NCBI GenBank assembly: GCA_044222065.1 | Contig: JBGAOA010000002.1 | Span: 64,001 to 128,000, forward strand | DNA length: 64,000 bases | Origin: Candidatus Eiseniibacteriota bacterium | GTDB taxonomy: Bacteria > Eisenbacteria > RBG-16-71-46 | Reading direction: 5' to 3' | Part shown: positions 31,178-40,088 of the stretch, piece after piece | Layout: each line of letters opens with the position of its first letter | How positions within the stretch are numbered: the first letter of the stretch is position 1 | Made by a program: the position numbers and the translations under genes | The notes under the pieces: generated by a model | Database searches by the model: none | What the model was told of the DNA's origin: nothing | The model's input: only the letters and a program-made list of their open reading frames with translations

Positions 31178-32136
31178 ATGCGCACGTTCGTCCTGCGCCG
31201 TGTCCTCCAGGTCGTACCCCTGCTGTTCGGACTCACCGCGATCACCTTCCTGCTCGTCGCGCTCGCGCCCGGTGACTTCCTGAACACGCTCGCCGAGAAC
31301 CCGGCGATCACGCCGCAGGTGCTCGAGTCCATGCGCCGCAATTTCGGTCTCGACCGGCCGGTGTGGGTGCAGTACGGGCTCTACCTGTGGAATCTGCTGC
31401 ACGGCGACTTCGGTCAGTCGTTCTCGCGTCACCAGCCGGTGTTCGCGGTGCTGCGCGAGGGGCTCGCGAATACGCTGCTGCTCGCGGGCGCGGCCGCGAT
31501 CGTGACGTGGGGGCTCGCGATCCCGCTCGGAGTGATCGCCGCCGTGCGGCAGAACACGGTCGTGGACCGCTCGCTCGGCGTTCTCGCCTACGTCTGGCTG
31601 TCCGTGCCCGAGGTCCTGTCCGGGCTGCTGCTGCTGTTGTTCGCGGCGCGAACCGGCTGGTTCCCGACCGGCGGCATGCACTCGCTCGACTTCGAGCGGC
31701 TCGGGCCGCTCGCGCGCGCGGGGGACCTGCTCCACCATCTCGCGCTGCCGGCGATCGCCGTGGGGCTCGTGCCGCTCGCGAGCCGCATGCGCCAAACGCG
31801 CGCGAACCTGCTCGACGTGCTGCTCGACTACGTGACGACGGCGCGCGCGAAGGGGCTCGATGAGCGGACCGTGGTCGTCAGCACGCGCTCCGCAACGCGC
31901 TCAACCCGCTCGTCACGATGTTCGGGTTCACGCTCGGCTCGCTCGTCTCGGGTTCGCTCGTCGCCGAGATCGTGTTCTCGTGGCCCGGCCTCGGTCGCAT
32001 CACGTACGAGGCGATCCTCACGCAGGACCTGTACCTCGTGGTCGGGGCGGCTCATGGCCGCGTGCGTGCTCGTCGCGGCAACCTCGTCGCCGACGTCCTG
32101 CTCGCGGTCGCCGACCCGCGGATCCGCCATGACTGA
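31178..32136 (+). CDS. Peptide ABC permease (OppB/DppB), frameshifted
   Basis: FGLDRP..QY and DYVTTARAKGL are followed by a frame change near 31880 (GTC AG CAC = missing base of KHALRNA), continuing SWPGLG...DPRIRHD*. Further indels near 32050. Confidence 0.85.
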
Positions 32137-33226
32137 ACCTCGCGCCGCGGCCGCGGCGCCCGCGCCGGCGTTCTGGCGTCCGCTGCGCAAACGTCCGCTC
32201 GCGCTCGCGGCCGGAGCGCTGCTCGCGGCGTTCTATCTTGCGGCGCTGTTCGCGCCGGCGCTCGCGCCCTATCGCGAGGACTCGATGGACCGCGCGCGCT
32301 TCTACCATCCGCCGCAGCGCGTCCACTGGATCGGCCCGGACGGATTCGGGCCGTACGTGTTCGGGACCGCGCTCGACGACCCGCGGCGGCTCACCTATCG
32401 CGAGGACCGCACGGTCGTGCGTCCGCTGCGCTTCGTCGTGCGCGGCGAGCCGTACCGCTGGCTCGGCCTCGTCGCGGCCGACCGCCACCTGTTCGGGCTC
32501 GAGGGCGGCGGGCGCGTCTACCTGCTCGGCTCGGACGCGTTCGGCCGCGACGTGCTGTCGCGTCTCCTGTACGGTGCCCAGGTGTCGCTCACCGTCGGAC
32601 TCGTGGGGATCGCCATCTCGTTCGCGCTCGGCCTGCTGCTCGGGGGCGTCTCGGGCTATTTCGGCGGCTGGGTGGACGCGCTCGTCATGCGGGTGACGGA
32701 ACTCCTGCTGAACATCCCGGGGCTCTACCTCGTGATCGCGCTTCGCGCGCTCTTCCCGGCGAGCCTGCCGAGCGGCGCGACCTATCTCGCGATCGTCGCG
32801 ATCCTCGCGCTGCTCGGCTGGGCGAGCCTCGCGCGTATCGTGCGCGGCATGGTGCTGTCGCTGCGCACGCAGGACTACGTCGCGGCGGCCGAAGCGCTCG
32901 GCGCCGGCCGCCTGCGCATCGTGACGCGCCACGTGCTCCCGAACACGATGTCGTTCGTGATCGTGGCCGCGACGGTCTCGATCCCGGGCTACATCCTCGG
33001 CGAGGTGTTCCTGTCGTTCCTCGGCGTCGGCGTGCAGGAGCCTGCCGCATCGTGGGGCAACATGCTGAACGCCGGCCGCAGCCTGCGCGTGCTGAGCGAG
33101 TTTCCGTGGCTCGTCGGCGCGCCGGCGGTCGCGATCTTCCTGACGGTGATGGCGTACAACCTGCTCGGCGACGGCCTGCGCGACGCGCTCGACCCGCGCC
33201 GGACCACGGGGGGGACGGCCGGGTGA
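32129..33226 (+). CDS. Peptide ABC permease (OppC/DppC)
   Basis: LGSDAFGRDVLSRLLYGA, EALGA, HVLPN, LSFLGVG and GDGLRDALDP. Fused to oppB in the ORF track only because of the frameshift. Confidence 0.92.
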   Translation: MTEPRAAAAAPAPAFWRPLRKRPLALAAGALLAAFYLAALFAPALAPYREDSMDRARFYHPPQRVHWIGPDGFGPYVFGTALDDPRRLTYREDRTVVRPLRFVVRGEPYRWLGLVAADRHLFGLEGGGRVYLLGSDAFGRDVLSRLLYGAQVSLTVGLVGIAISFALGLLLGGVSGYFGGWVDALVMRVTELLLNIPGLYLVIALRALFPASLPSGATYLAIVAILALLGWASLARIVRGMVLSLRTQDYVAAAEALGAGRLRIVTRHVLPNTMSFVIVAATVSIPGYILGEVFLSFLGVGVQEPAASWGNMLNAGRSLRVLSEFPWLVGAPAVAIFLTVMAYNLLGDGLRDALDPRRTTGGTAG

Positions 33227-34234
33227 GCGAACCGCTGCTCGAGGTGCGCGACCTGCGTACGTGGTTCCACACCGACGACGGCGTCGTGCGCGCGGTGGAC
33301 GGCGTGTCCTTCGCGATCGGCGCCGGCGAGACGCTCGCCGTGGTGGGCGAGTCGGGGAGCGGCAAGAGCGTCACGTCGCTGTCGGTGCTGCGGCTCGTGC
33401 CGCGACCGCCCGGCCGCTTCGAGAGCGGCGCGATCCTGCTTCGCGGTCGCGACCTGCTGCGGGTGCCGGAGGACGAGATGCGCCGCGTGCGCGGCAAGGA
33501 CGTCTCGATGATCTTCCAGGAGCCGATGACGTCGTTGAACCCGGTCTACACGTGCGGCGAGCAGATCATCGAGGCCGTGATGCTGCACGACCGCCTGCCG
33601 CGCGCCGCCGCGCGCGAGCGTGCGATCGAGATGCTGCGGCTCGTCGGCATCCCGTCGCCCGAGCAGCGCGTGGACGAGTACCCGCACCAGATGTCGGGCG
33701 GGATGCGCCAGCGCGTCATGATCGCCATGGCGCTCGCGTGCCGGCCCGCGCTGCTGATCGCGGACGAGCCGACGACGGCGCTCGACGTCACGATCCAGGC
33801 GCAGATCCTGGACCTGCTGCGCTCGCTGCGCGCGGAACTCGGCATGGCGGTGATGCTCATCACGCACGACCTCGGCGTCGTCGCCGAGGTCGCCGACCGC
33901 GTCGCCGTGATGTACGCGGGGCAGGTCGTCGAATCGTGTCCGGTCGAAGCGGCGTTCCGGCGCACGCTCCATCCGTACACCGCAGGGCTGCTCGCCTCGC
34001 GGCCGACGCTCGGCGAGACGCGCGAGAGGCTCCGCGTCATCCCGGGATCCGTGCCGAATCCGGCGCGCTTCCCGGACGGCTGCCGCTTCCACCCGCGCTG
34101 TCCGCTCGCGACCGACCGCTGCCGCGCCGAGATGCCGGAGCTCGTTGAGTTCGAGCCCGGGCACGCCGTGCGCTGCCATCGTGCGGCCGAGATCGCCGCC
34201 GGCGCGGCGTCGGCGCTCGCCGAGGAGCGCCGCG

Positions 34235-34242
<8 letters not shown>
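33223..34242 (+). CDS. Peptide ABC ATP-binding protein (OppD/DppD)
   Basis: [31 protein letters not shown] and GCRFHPRC. Confidence 0.95.
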
Positions 34243-35233
<991 letters not shown>

Positions 35234-35249
35234 TCCGCGTTGGGGAATA

Positions 35250-35268
35250 GGCCCCGCCTCGCGGGGCC
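35250..35268 (+). terminator. Hairpin after Opp operon
   Basis: GGCCCCGC-ctc-GCGGGGCC, an 8-bp stem with no U-tract. Confidence 0.35.
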
Positions 35269-35408
35269 GCCCACGCCAATTGGCCCACGATCGAGGCCGT
35301 GCGCGCACGCCATCGCCGCCGGCCCCGGGCGCGATCGCGCCGCCTAACTCCTCGCCGAGCAATCGTTCGCGACGATTTCCGGAGGCGGTGCGCCGGCCCG
35401 CGCGCGAT

Positions 35409-35423
35409 CGGCACCGCGCTTGC
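35409..35423 (+). promoter_or_regulatory. Putative sigma54 (-24/-12) promoter
   Basis: CGGCAC-CGCGC-TTGC matches YGGCAC-N5-TTGC in a long intergenic region. Confidence 0.45.
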
Positions 35424-35716
35424 CATTCCCTGTCATCGAGGCCGCGAGCCGGCGACGACGCGCGGACCGACAATCGAAGAGCGAACCCGATGTGTTCCCT
35501 GCGCGACTCGTGATTGACCGGCTGCGGGCTGATCCCCCTATCGCGAGCGAAGGAGTCTGTCGGACGGTACACGGCCGCAGCGGGGAACCTTAATGACGGG
35601 CCCCGGATTTGCGGCGTGGCTGAGCTTCCAGCGCACGACATCGATCGCCGCGAGACGGGGCCCATGAATTTCCGGCCCCGACCTGAGGCCCGGGCTCCAG
35701 CGCCCGGGCCAATTCG

Positions 35717-35745
35717 TTGACCCTCCACAACATCCCTGTTACGGT
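35717..35745 (+). promoter_or_regulatory. Putative sigma70 promoter of BMC operon
   Basis: TTGACC-N17-TACGGT with a TG extension, 60 bp upstream of ATG 35806. Confidence 0.6.
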
Positions 35746-35805
35746 GCGGCACCGCTCGGCGCCGCAGGGTGCGGCCTCTCGGTGCGGTCCTGGGAGGTCG
35801 GCTCG

Positions 35806-36105
35806 ATGGCGGTCGAAGCGCTGGGGATGGTCGAGACGCGCGGTCTGGTGGGCGCGATCGAGGCCGCCGATGCGATGTGCAAGACCGCCCGCGTGAGCCT
35901 CGTCCGCTACGAGCGCATCGCCGGAGCCCGCGTCACGGTCGCCGTGCGCGGCGACGTGGGCTCGGTCGAAGCGGCGGTGGAGGCCGGCGCGCGTGCCGCG
36001 GGCCGGGTCGGCGAGTTCGTCGCCCGCCACGTGATCCCCGCGCCCGACGCCCAGGTCGAGAGTCTGCTCGCGGCGGCCGGCCGCTCCGGTCTGCCGCGAC
36101 TGTAG
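35806..36105 (+). CDS. BMC shell hexamer protein (BMC-H)
   Basis: [22 protein letters not shown]...[17 protein letters not shown]. Confidence 0.93.
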   Translation: MAVEALGMVETRGLVGAIEAADAMCKTARVSLVRYERIAGARVTVAVRGDVGSVEAAVEAGARAAGRVGEFVARHVIPAPDAQVESLLAAAGRSGLPRL

Positions 36106-36132
36106 TCCGTCCAGAAAGGGAAGGAGCCTCGC

Positions 36133-36432
36133 ATGCAGGAAGAAGCCCTGGGTCTCATCGAGACGCGCGGCTGGGTCGCCATGATCGAAGCGTCCGACGC
36201 GATGGTGAAGGCGGCCCGCGTCCAGCTCGTGCACTACGAGAAGATCGGCGGCGGCTACGTCACGGCCGTCGTGCGCGGAGACGTCGCGGCGGTTCGCGCG
36301 GCGACGGAAGCGGGCGCCGCGGCCGCTTCGAAGGTCGGAGAGGTCGTGAGCGTTCACGTCATTCCGCGGCCGCACGGGATGCTCGAAGACGTGCTGCCGA
36401 TCCGCCGCGCGGAGACGGCGTCGAAGAAGTAG
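36133..36432 (+). CDS. BMC shell hexamer protein (EutM/PduA-like)
   Basis: [29 protein letters not shown] and HVIPRPH. Confidence 0.95.
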   Translation: MQEEALGLIETRGWVAMIEASDAMVKAARVQLVHYEKIGGGYVTAVVRGDVAAVRAATEAGAAAASKVGEVVSVHVIPRPHGMLEDVLPIRRAETASKK

Positions 36433-36439
36433 GCGCGTC

Positions 36440-36745
36440 GTGCTCCTCGCACAGGTGCTCGGCACGGTCGTCTCGACCCGCAAGGACGCGCATCTCCTCA
36501 GCCTCAAGCTCATGCTCTGCCGCGAAGTCGACGAGAAGTTCCATCCCACCGGGAACTACGTCGTCGCGGCCGACGCCGTGGGCGCGGGCGAGGGGGAACT
36601 CGTGCTGCTCGCGCAGGGCTCCTCGGCGCGCATGACCGAGGTGTCGCGCGAGAAGCCCGTGGACGCGGTCATCTGCGGCATCGTGGACGCCGTGGAGATC
36701 GGCGGCCGCGACGTGTTCGTGAAGCGCGTCGGGGCGACGGGCTGA
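36440..36745 (+). CDS. BMC vertex pentamer (EutN/CcmL family) 1
   Basis: VLGTVVSTRK, DAVGAGEGE.VL..GSSAR and PVDAVICGIVD. Confidence 0.94.
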   Translation: MLLAQVLGTVVSTRKDAHLLSLKLMLCREVDEKFHPTGNYVVAADAVGAGEGELVLLAQGSSARMTEVSREKPVDAVICGIVDAVEIGGRDVFVKRVGATG

Positions 36746-36749
36746 CGTC

Positions 36750-38165
36750 ATGGCGATCGACTCCCGCCAGATCCAGAACATCGTCGCCGACGTCCTCGAG
36801 CGCCTCGATTCGGAGCGCGCGACGGCGGGGCACGGCGATGCGATCGGCGTGCACGCCGACCTCGACACGGCGGTCGCGGCGGCGCGGCGCGCGGTCGAGG
36901 CGTACGACGGCACGCCGCTCGAGACGCGGCGGCAGATCGTCGCGGCGGTCCGCCAGACGCTGATCGCGAACCTGCGCACGCTCGCGGAGCTGGCCGTGTC
37001 GGAAACCGGACTCGGCCGGGTCGAGGACAAGATCCTCAAGAACCGGCTCGTCGCCGAGAAGACCCCGGGCCCCGAGGACCTCGAGCCCGTGACGTGGACC
37101 GGCGATCACGGCATGACGCTCATGGAGCGCGCGCCGTACGGAGTGATCGCGGTGATCACTCCGGTGACGAACCCGAGCGAGACCGTCATCAACAACGGCA
37201 TCTCGATGATCGCGGGCGGGAACGTGCCGGTGTTCTGCCCGCACCCGAACGCGCGCAAAGTCTCGAACCTGACGATCGACCTCATGAACCGCGCCGCGCT
37301 GCGCGCCGGTGCGCCGGCGCCGCTGCTGCACACGGTCGCGCAGCCGACGCTCGAGATCGCCCAGGCGCTGCTGCGCTACCCGGGAATCCGGCTCAACGTC
37401 GTCACGGGCGGTCCCGGCGTCGTGAAGGAGGCGCTCGCCTCGGGCAAGAAGTCCATCACGGCCGGCCCGGGCAATCCGCCGGCGGTCGTGGACGAGACCG
37501 CGGACCTCGAAAAGGCCGCGCGCGACATCGTCGCGGGCGCCTCGCTCGACAACAACGTCATCTGCACGGACGAGAAGGAAGTGGTCGCGGTCGCGATGAT
37601 CGCGGACCGCCTCAAGGAGGCGTTCGCGAAGAGCGGCGCGATCGTGCTCCAGCCGCACCAGATCGAGCGGCTGCGCGGCGTCGTGCTCGAAAAGGAGAAC
37701 GGGCCGCGCAAGTACGCCGTCATCAACCGCAAGTACGTCGGCAAGAACGTGGACGTGATCCTCAAGGACGCCGGCATCCCGTGCGATCCGACGAAGCGCG
37801 TCGCGCTGTGCGACGTGGACAACGATCACCCGTTCCTGTGGACCGAGATGATGATGCCGGTCCTGCCGATGACCCGCGTGCGCACGGCCGACGAGGCGAT
37901 CGACTTCGCGCTGCTCGTCGAGCACCGCTTCCGCCACACCGCTTCGATGCATTCGCGCAACATCGACAAGCTGTCGCGCATGGCGCGACTGTGCGACTGC
38001 TCGATCTTCGTGAAGAACGGACCCAATTACGCCGGACTCGGCATGGGGGGCGAGGGCCCCACGAGCTTCACGATCGCGAGTCCGACGGGAGAAGGCATGA
38101 CGACCGCCCGCAGTTTCACCCGCATCCGCCGCTGCACGCTGGTGGATCACTTCCGGATCGTGTGA
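36750..38165 (+). CDS. CoA-acylating aldehyde dehydrogenase (EutE/PduP family) with N-terminal encapsulation peptide
   Basis: ETGLGRVEDK..KN, PVTNPSET, TGGPGVV, AGPGNPP, catalytic DNNVIC and GEGPTSFTIA. Amphipathic IQNIVADVLERL at the N-terminus. Confidence 0.95.
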   Translation: MAIDSRQIQNIVADVLERLDSERATAGHGDAIGVHADLDTAVAAARRAVEAYDGTPLETRRQIVAAVRQTLIANLRTLAELAVSETGLGRVEDKILKNRLVAEKTPGPEDLEPVTWTGDHGMTLMERAPYGVIAVITPVTNPSETVINNGISMIAGGNVPVFCPHPNARKVSNLTIDLMNRAALRAGAPAPLLHTVAQPTLEIAQALLRYPGIRLNVVTGGPGVVKEALASGKKSITAGPGNPPAVVDETADLEKAARDIVAGASLDNNVICTDEKEVVAVAMIADRLKEAFAKSGAIVLQPHQIERLRGVVLEKENGPRKYAVINRKYVGKNVDVILKDAGIPCDPTKRVALCDVDNDHPFLWTEMMMPVLPMTRVRTADEAIDFALLVEHRFRHTASMHSRNIDKLSRMARLCDCSIFVKNGPNYAGLGMGGEGPTSFTIASPTGEGMTTARSFTRIRRCTLVDHFRIV

Positions 38166-38716
38166 TGCCGGTCGCGATCGCGGCACTCGAGACGAGCAGC
38201 ATCGCCCAGGGCACCGTGGCGGCGGACGCCATGGTGAAGACCGCCGAAGTGGAATTGCTCGAGGCCTGCACGATCTCGCCCGGGAAGTACTGGGTGCTGA
38301 TCGGCGGCGAGGTCGCGCCGGTGCGCGCGTCGTTCCAGCGCGGCGTGGCGGTCGCGGCGGAGACGCTGCTCGATTCGCTGCTGATCCCGCAGCTCCACGA
38401 CGGCGTGCTCCCCGCGATCCGCGGGATCGTGCCGCCCACGGACCACGACGCGCTCGGCATCCTCGAGATGCAGACCGCGGCCTCCGCGATCGTCGCGGCC
38501 GACACCGCGGTCAAGGCCGCGCTCGTGACGATCCGCGACGTCAAGCTCGCGAACGGCATCGGCGGCAAGGGCGTCGTGTACGTGACCGGTGCCGTGAGCG
38601 ACGTGCAGGCCGCGATCGAGGCGGGTCGCGCGGAGCCGTTGCGCCGCGGACTGCTCGCGCGCTCGGTCGTCATTCCGCGCCTCCACCCGCAGATGAAGGA
38701 GCGCGTGCTCCGGTGA
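38165..38716 (+). CDS. BMC tandem-domain shell protein (PduT-like BMC-T)
   Basis: LETSSIAQG..AADAMVK, TISPGKY, and a second domain ALGILE...IGGKG...GAVSDV...VIPRLH. Confidence 0.9.
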   Translation: MPVAIAALETSSIAQGTVAADAMVKTAEVELLEACTISPGKYWVLIGGEVAPVRASFQRGVAVAAETLLDSLLIPQLHDGVLPAIRGIVPPTDHDALGILEMQTAASAIVAADTAVKAALVTIRDVKLANGIGGKGVVYVTGAVSDVQAAIEAGRAEPLRRGLLARSVVIPRLHPQMKERVLR

Positions 38717-39011
38717 GGTTCGCGCGCGTCACGGGCACGGTCGTGTGCACCGAGAAGGTGCCGGCGTGGAAGGGGCACCGGCTCCTCGTGCTTCAGGCGA
38801 CGGACGCGCAGGGCAAGGCCGCCGGCGGCCGGCCGTTCGTCGCGATCGACCTCGTGTCCGCGGCGCCCGGCCAGCGCGTGTTCTACGTGAAGGGGCGGAG
38901 GCGGCGAACGCGCTGCCGAACCCGGACAACCCCGCGGACGCCGCGATCGTGGGCATCGTGGACGACGTGCGCGAGCGCCCGCTCGACGACGGCGCCGGAG
39001 CGCGCCGCTGA
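38713..39011 (+). CDS. BMC vertex pentamer (EutN/CcmL) 2, frameshifted
   Basis: MRFARVTGTVVCTEK...DLVSAAPGQRVFYVKG shifts frame at the GGGG run (38892-38895) into AEAANALP..PADAAIVGIVD. Confidence 0.85.
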
Positions 39012-39292
39012 TGTTCACGGCGCGCGTCGTGGGCGACGTGGTCGCGACGATCAAGCATGGCGACCTCGCGAACCGGAAGCTCCTGCTCGTGCAGGCGGTG
39101 ACCCCGGAGGGGCGGAAGGTGGGCGCGCCGGTGATCGCCGTGGACTGCGTGGACGCCGGGCTCGACGACCTCGTGCTGGTCGCCGACGAGGGCAACGCCG
39201 CCGCTCAGGTCATGCAGCAGCCCCGCGGAGGCGTCCGGACGGTCATCGTGGGCGTCGTGGATCACGTCACGCCGACCGGGTCCGGCGGATGA
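39011..39292 (+). CDS. BMC vertex pentamer (EutN/CcmL) 3
   Basis: ARVVGDVVATIK, AVDCVDAG..D.VLV..EG and IVGVVD. Confidence 0.92.
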   Translation: MFTARVVGDVVATIKHGDLANRKLLLVQAVTPEGRKVGAPVIAVDCVDAGLDDLVLVADEGNAAAQVMQQPRGGVRTVIVGVVDHVTPTGSGG

Positions 39293-39308
39293 TCCGGGTC
39301 GGGGCCCG

Positions 39309-39317
39309 TGGTAAAGT
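39309..39317 (+). promoter_or_regulatory. Extended -10 element
   Basis: TGGTAAAGT upstream of the FmdB-HU genes. Confidence 0.45.
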
Positions 39318-39363
39318 GCCGCGGTCCCGCTCGAACGGGGGACTCTCAGGGAGGAGACTCGCG

Positions 39364-39579
39364 ATGCCGCTCTTCGACTATCGCTGCGACGGTTGCGCGA
39401 CGCGCTTCGAGGCGCTGCTCGACCGTGCCGGCGACGGCGCGCCGCCCTGCCCGAGCTGTGGGGACGTCCGCGTCACCCGCCTGCTGTCCACGTTCTCCGT
39501 GCTGGGTGCGGCGCCCGAGCGCCCGCCCGGAGCGTGCGGTACGAACGATTGCGCGTGCCGGCGGCACGCGGACTGTTAG
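39364..39579 (+). CDS. FmdB family zinc-ribbon protein
   Basis: MPLFDYRCDGC..RFE...CPSCG...RLLS with a Cys-rich tail; GGAGG RBS. Confidence 0.88.
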   Translation: MPLFDYRCDGCATRFEALLDRAGDGAPPCPSCGDVRVTRLLSTFSVLGAAPERPPGACGTNDCACRRHADC

Positions 39580-39594
39580 ACAGGAGAGCTGCGA

Positions 39595-39900
39595 ATGACC
39601 AAGGCCGATTTGGTGGAATTGATCGCCGTCGAAACCGGCGTCTCCCGGCAGCACACGGCGATCGTCGTGGACGAGCTGCTCGGAGCCGTCTGCCGCGCGC
39701 TCAGCGAGGGCAAGCACCTCGAGATCCGCGGATTCGGAACGTTCAAGGTGCGTGAGCGTCGTGCGCGACGCGCGCGCAATCCGCGCAGCGGTACGGAAGT
39801 GCTGGTGCCGGCCAAGCTCGTCCCGGTCTTCAAGCCCAGCAAGGAACTCAAGGCCCAGGTCCTCGACGGCGTCGGCACGCCCGAACCCGTCGGCGCCTGA
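39595..39900 (+). CDS. HU/IHF family DNA-binding protein
   Basis: MTKADLV, EIRGFGTF, ARNPRSG and FKPSKELK. Confidence 0.95.
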   Translation: MTKADLVELIAVETGVSRQHTAIVVDELLGAVCRALSEGKHLEIRGFGTFKVRERRARRARNPRSGTEVLVPAKLVPVFKPSKELKAQVLDGVGTPEPVGA

Positions 39901-39925
39901 TCACCACACTTCACGAGGAGCAGGA

Positions 39926-40021
39926 ATGGGTTCTGGAAAGAAGCGCAAGCGCAAGAAGATCGCGACCCACAAGCGCAAGAAGCGTCTGCGCAAGAACCGT
40001 CACAAGAAGCGGGTTCGCTGA
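39926..40021 (+). CDS. Small basic AURKAIP1/COX24 (bS22-like) protein
   Basis: MGSGKKRKRKKIATHKRKKRLRKNRHKKRVR, 31 aa, with a GAGGAG RBS. Confidence 0.85.
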   Translation: MGSGKKRKRKKIATHKRKKRLRKNRHKKRVR

Positions 40022-40039
40022 CGGCTGAGCCGTTTGCCG

Positions 40040-40068
40040 GCGGGAGCCGCCGTTCCGGCGGCTCCCGC
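40040..40068 (+). terminator. Perfect 13-bp hairpin after HU-bS22
   Basis: GCGGGAGCCGCCG-ttc-CGGCGGCTCCCGC with only a weak U-tail. Confidence 0.55.
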
Positions 40069-40088
40069 ATCGCATTCCCGGTCGCACG

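Noticed and set aside
31178..33226. 682-aa OppB-OppC fusion
   Set aside because: It arises from a frameshift. The proper OppB C-terminus (DPRIRHD*) is in another frame and OppC has its own ATG at 32129.
35560..35700. c-di-AMP (ydaO), cobalamin riboswitch or 6S RNA
   Set aside because: Only CGGGGAACC resembles ydaO and its other conserved blocks are missing. No B12 box is present, and the stem geometry is too asymmetric to call 6S.
38713..39579. 288-aa EutN-FmdB fusion
   Set aside because: Read-through artefact of a homopolymer deletion. FmdB has its own RBS and -10 element.
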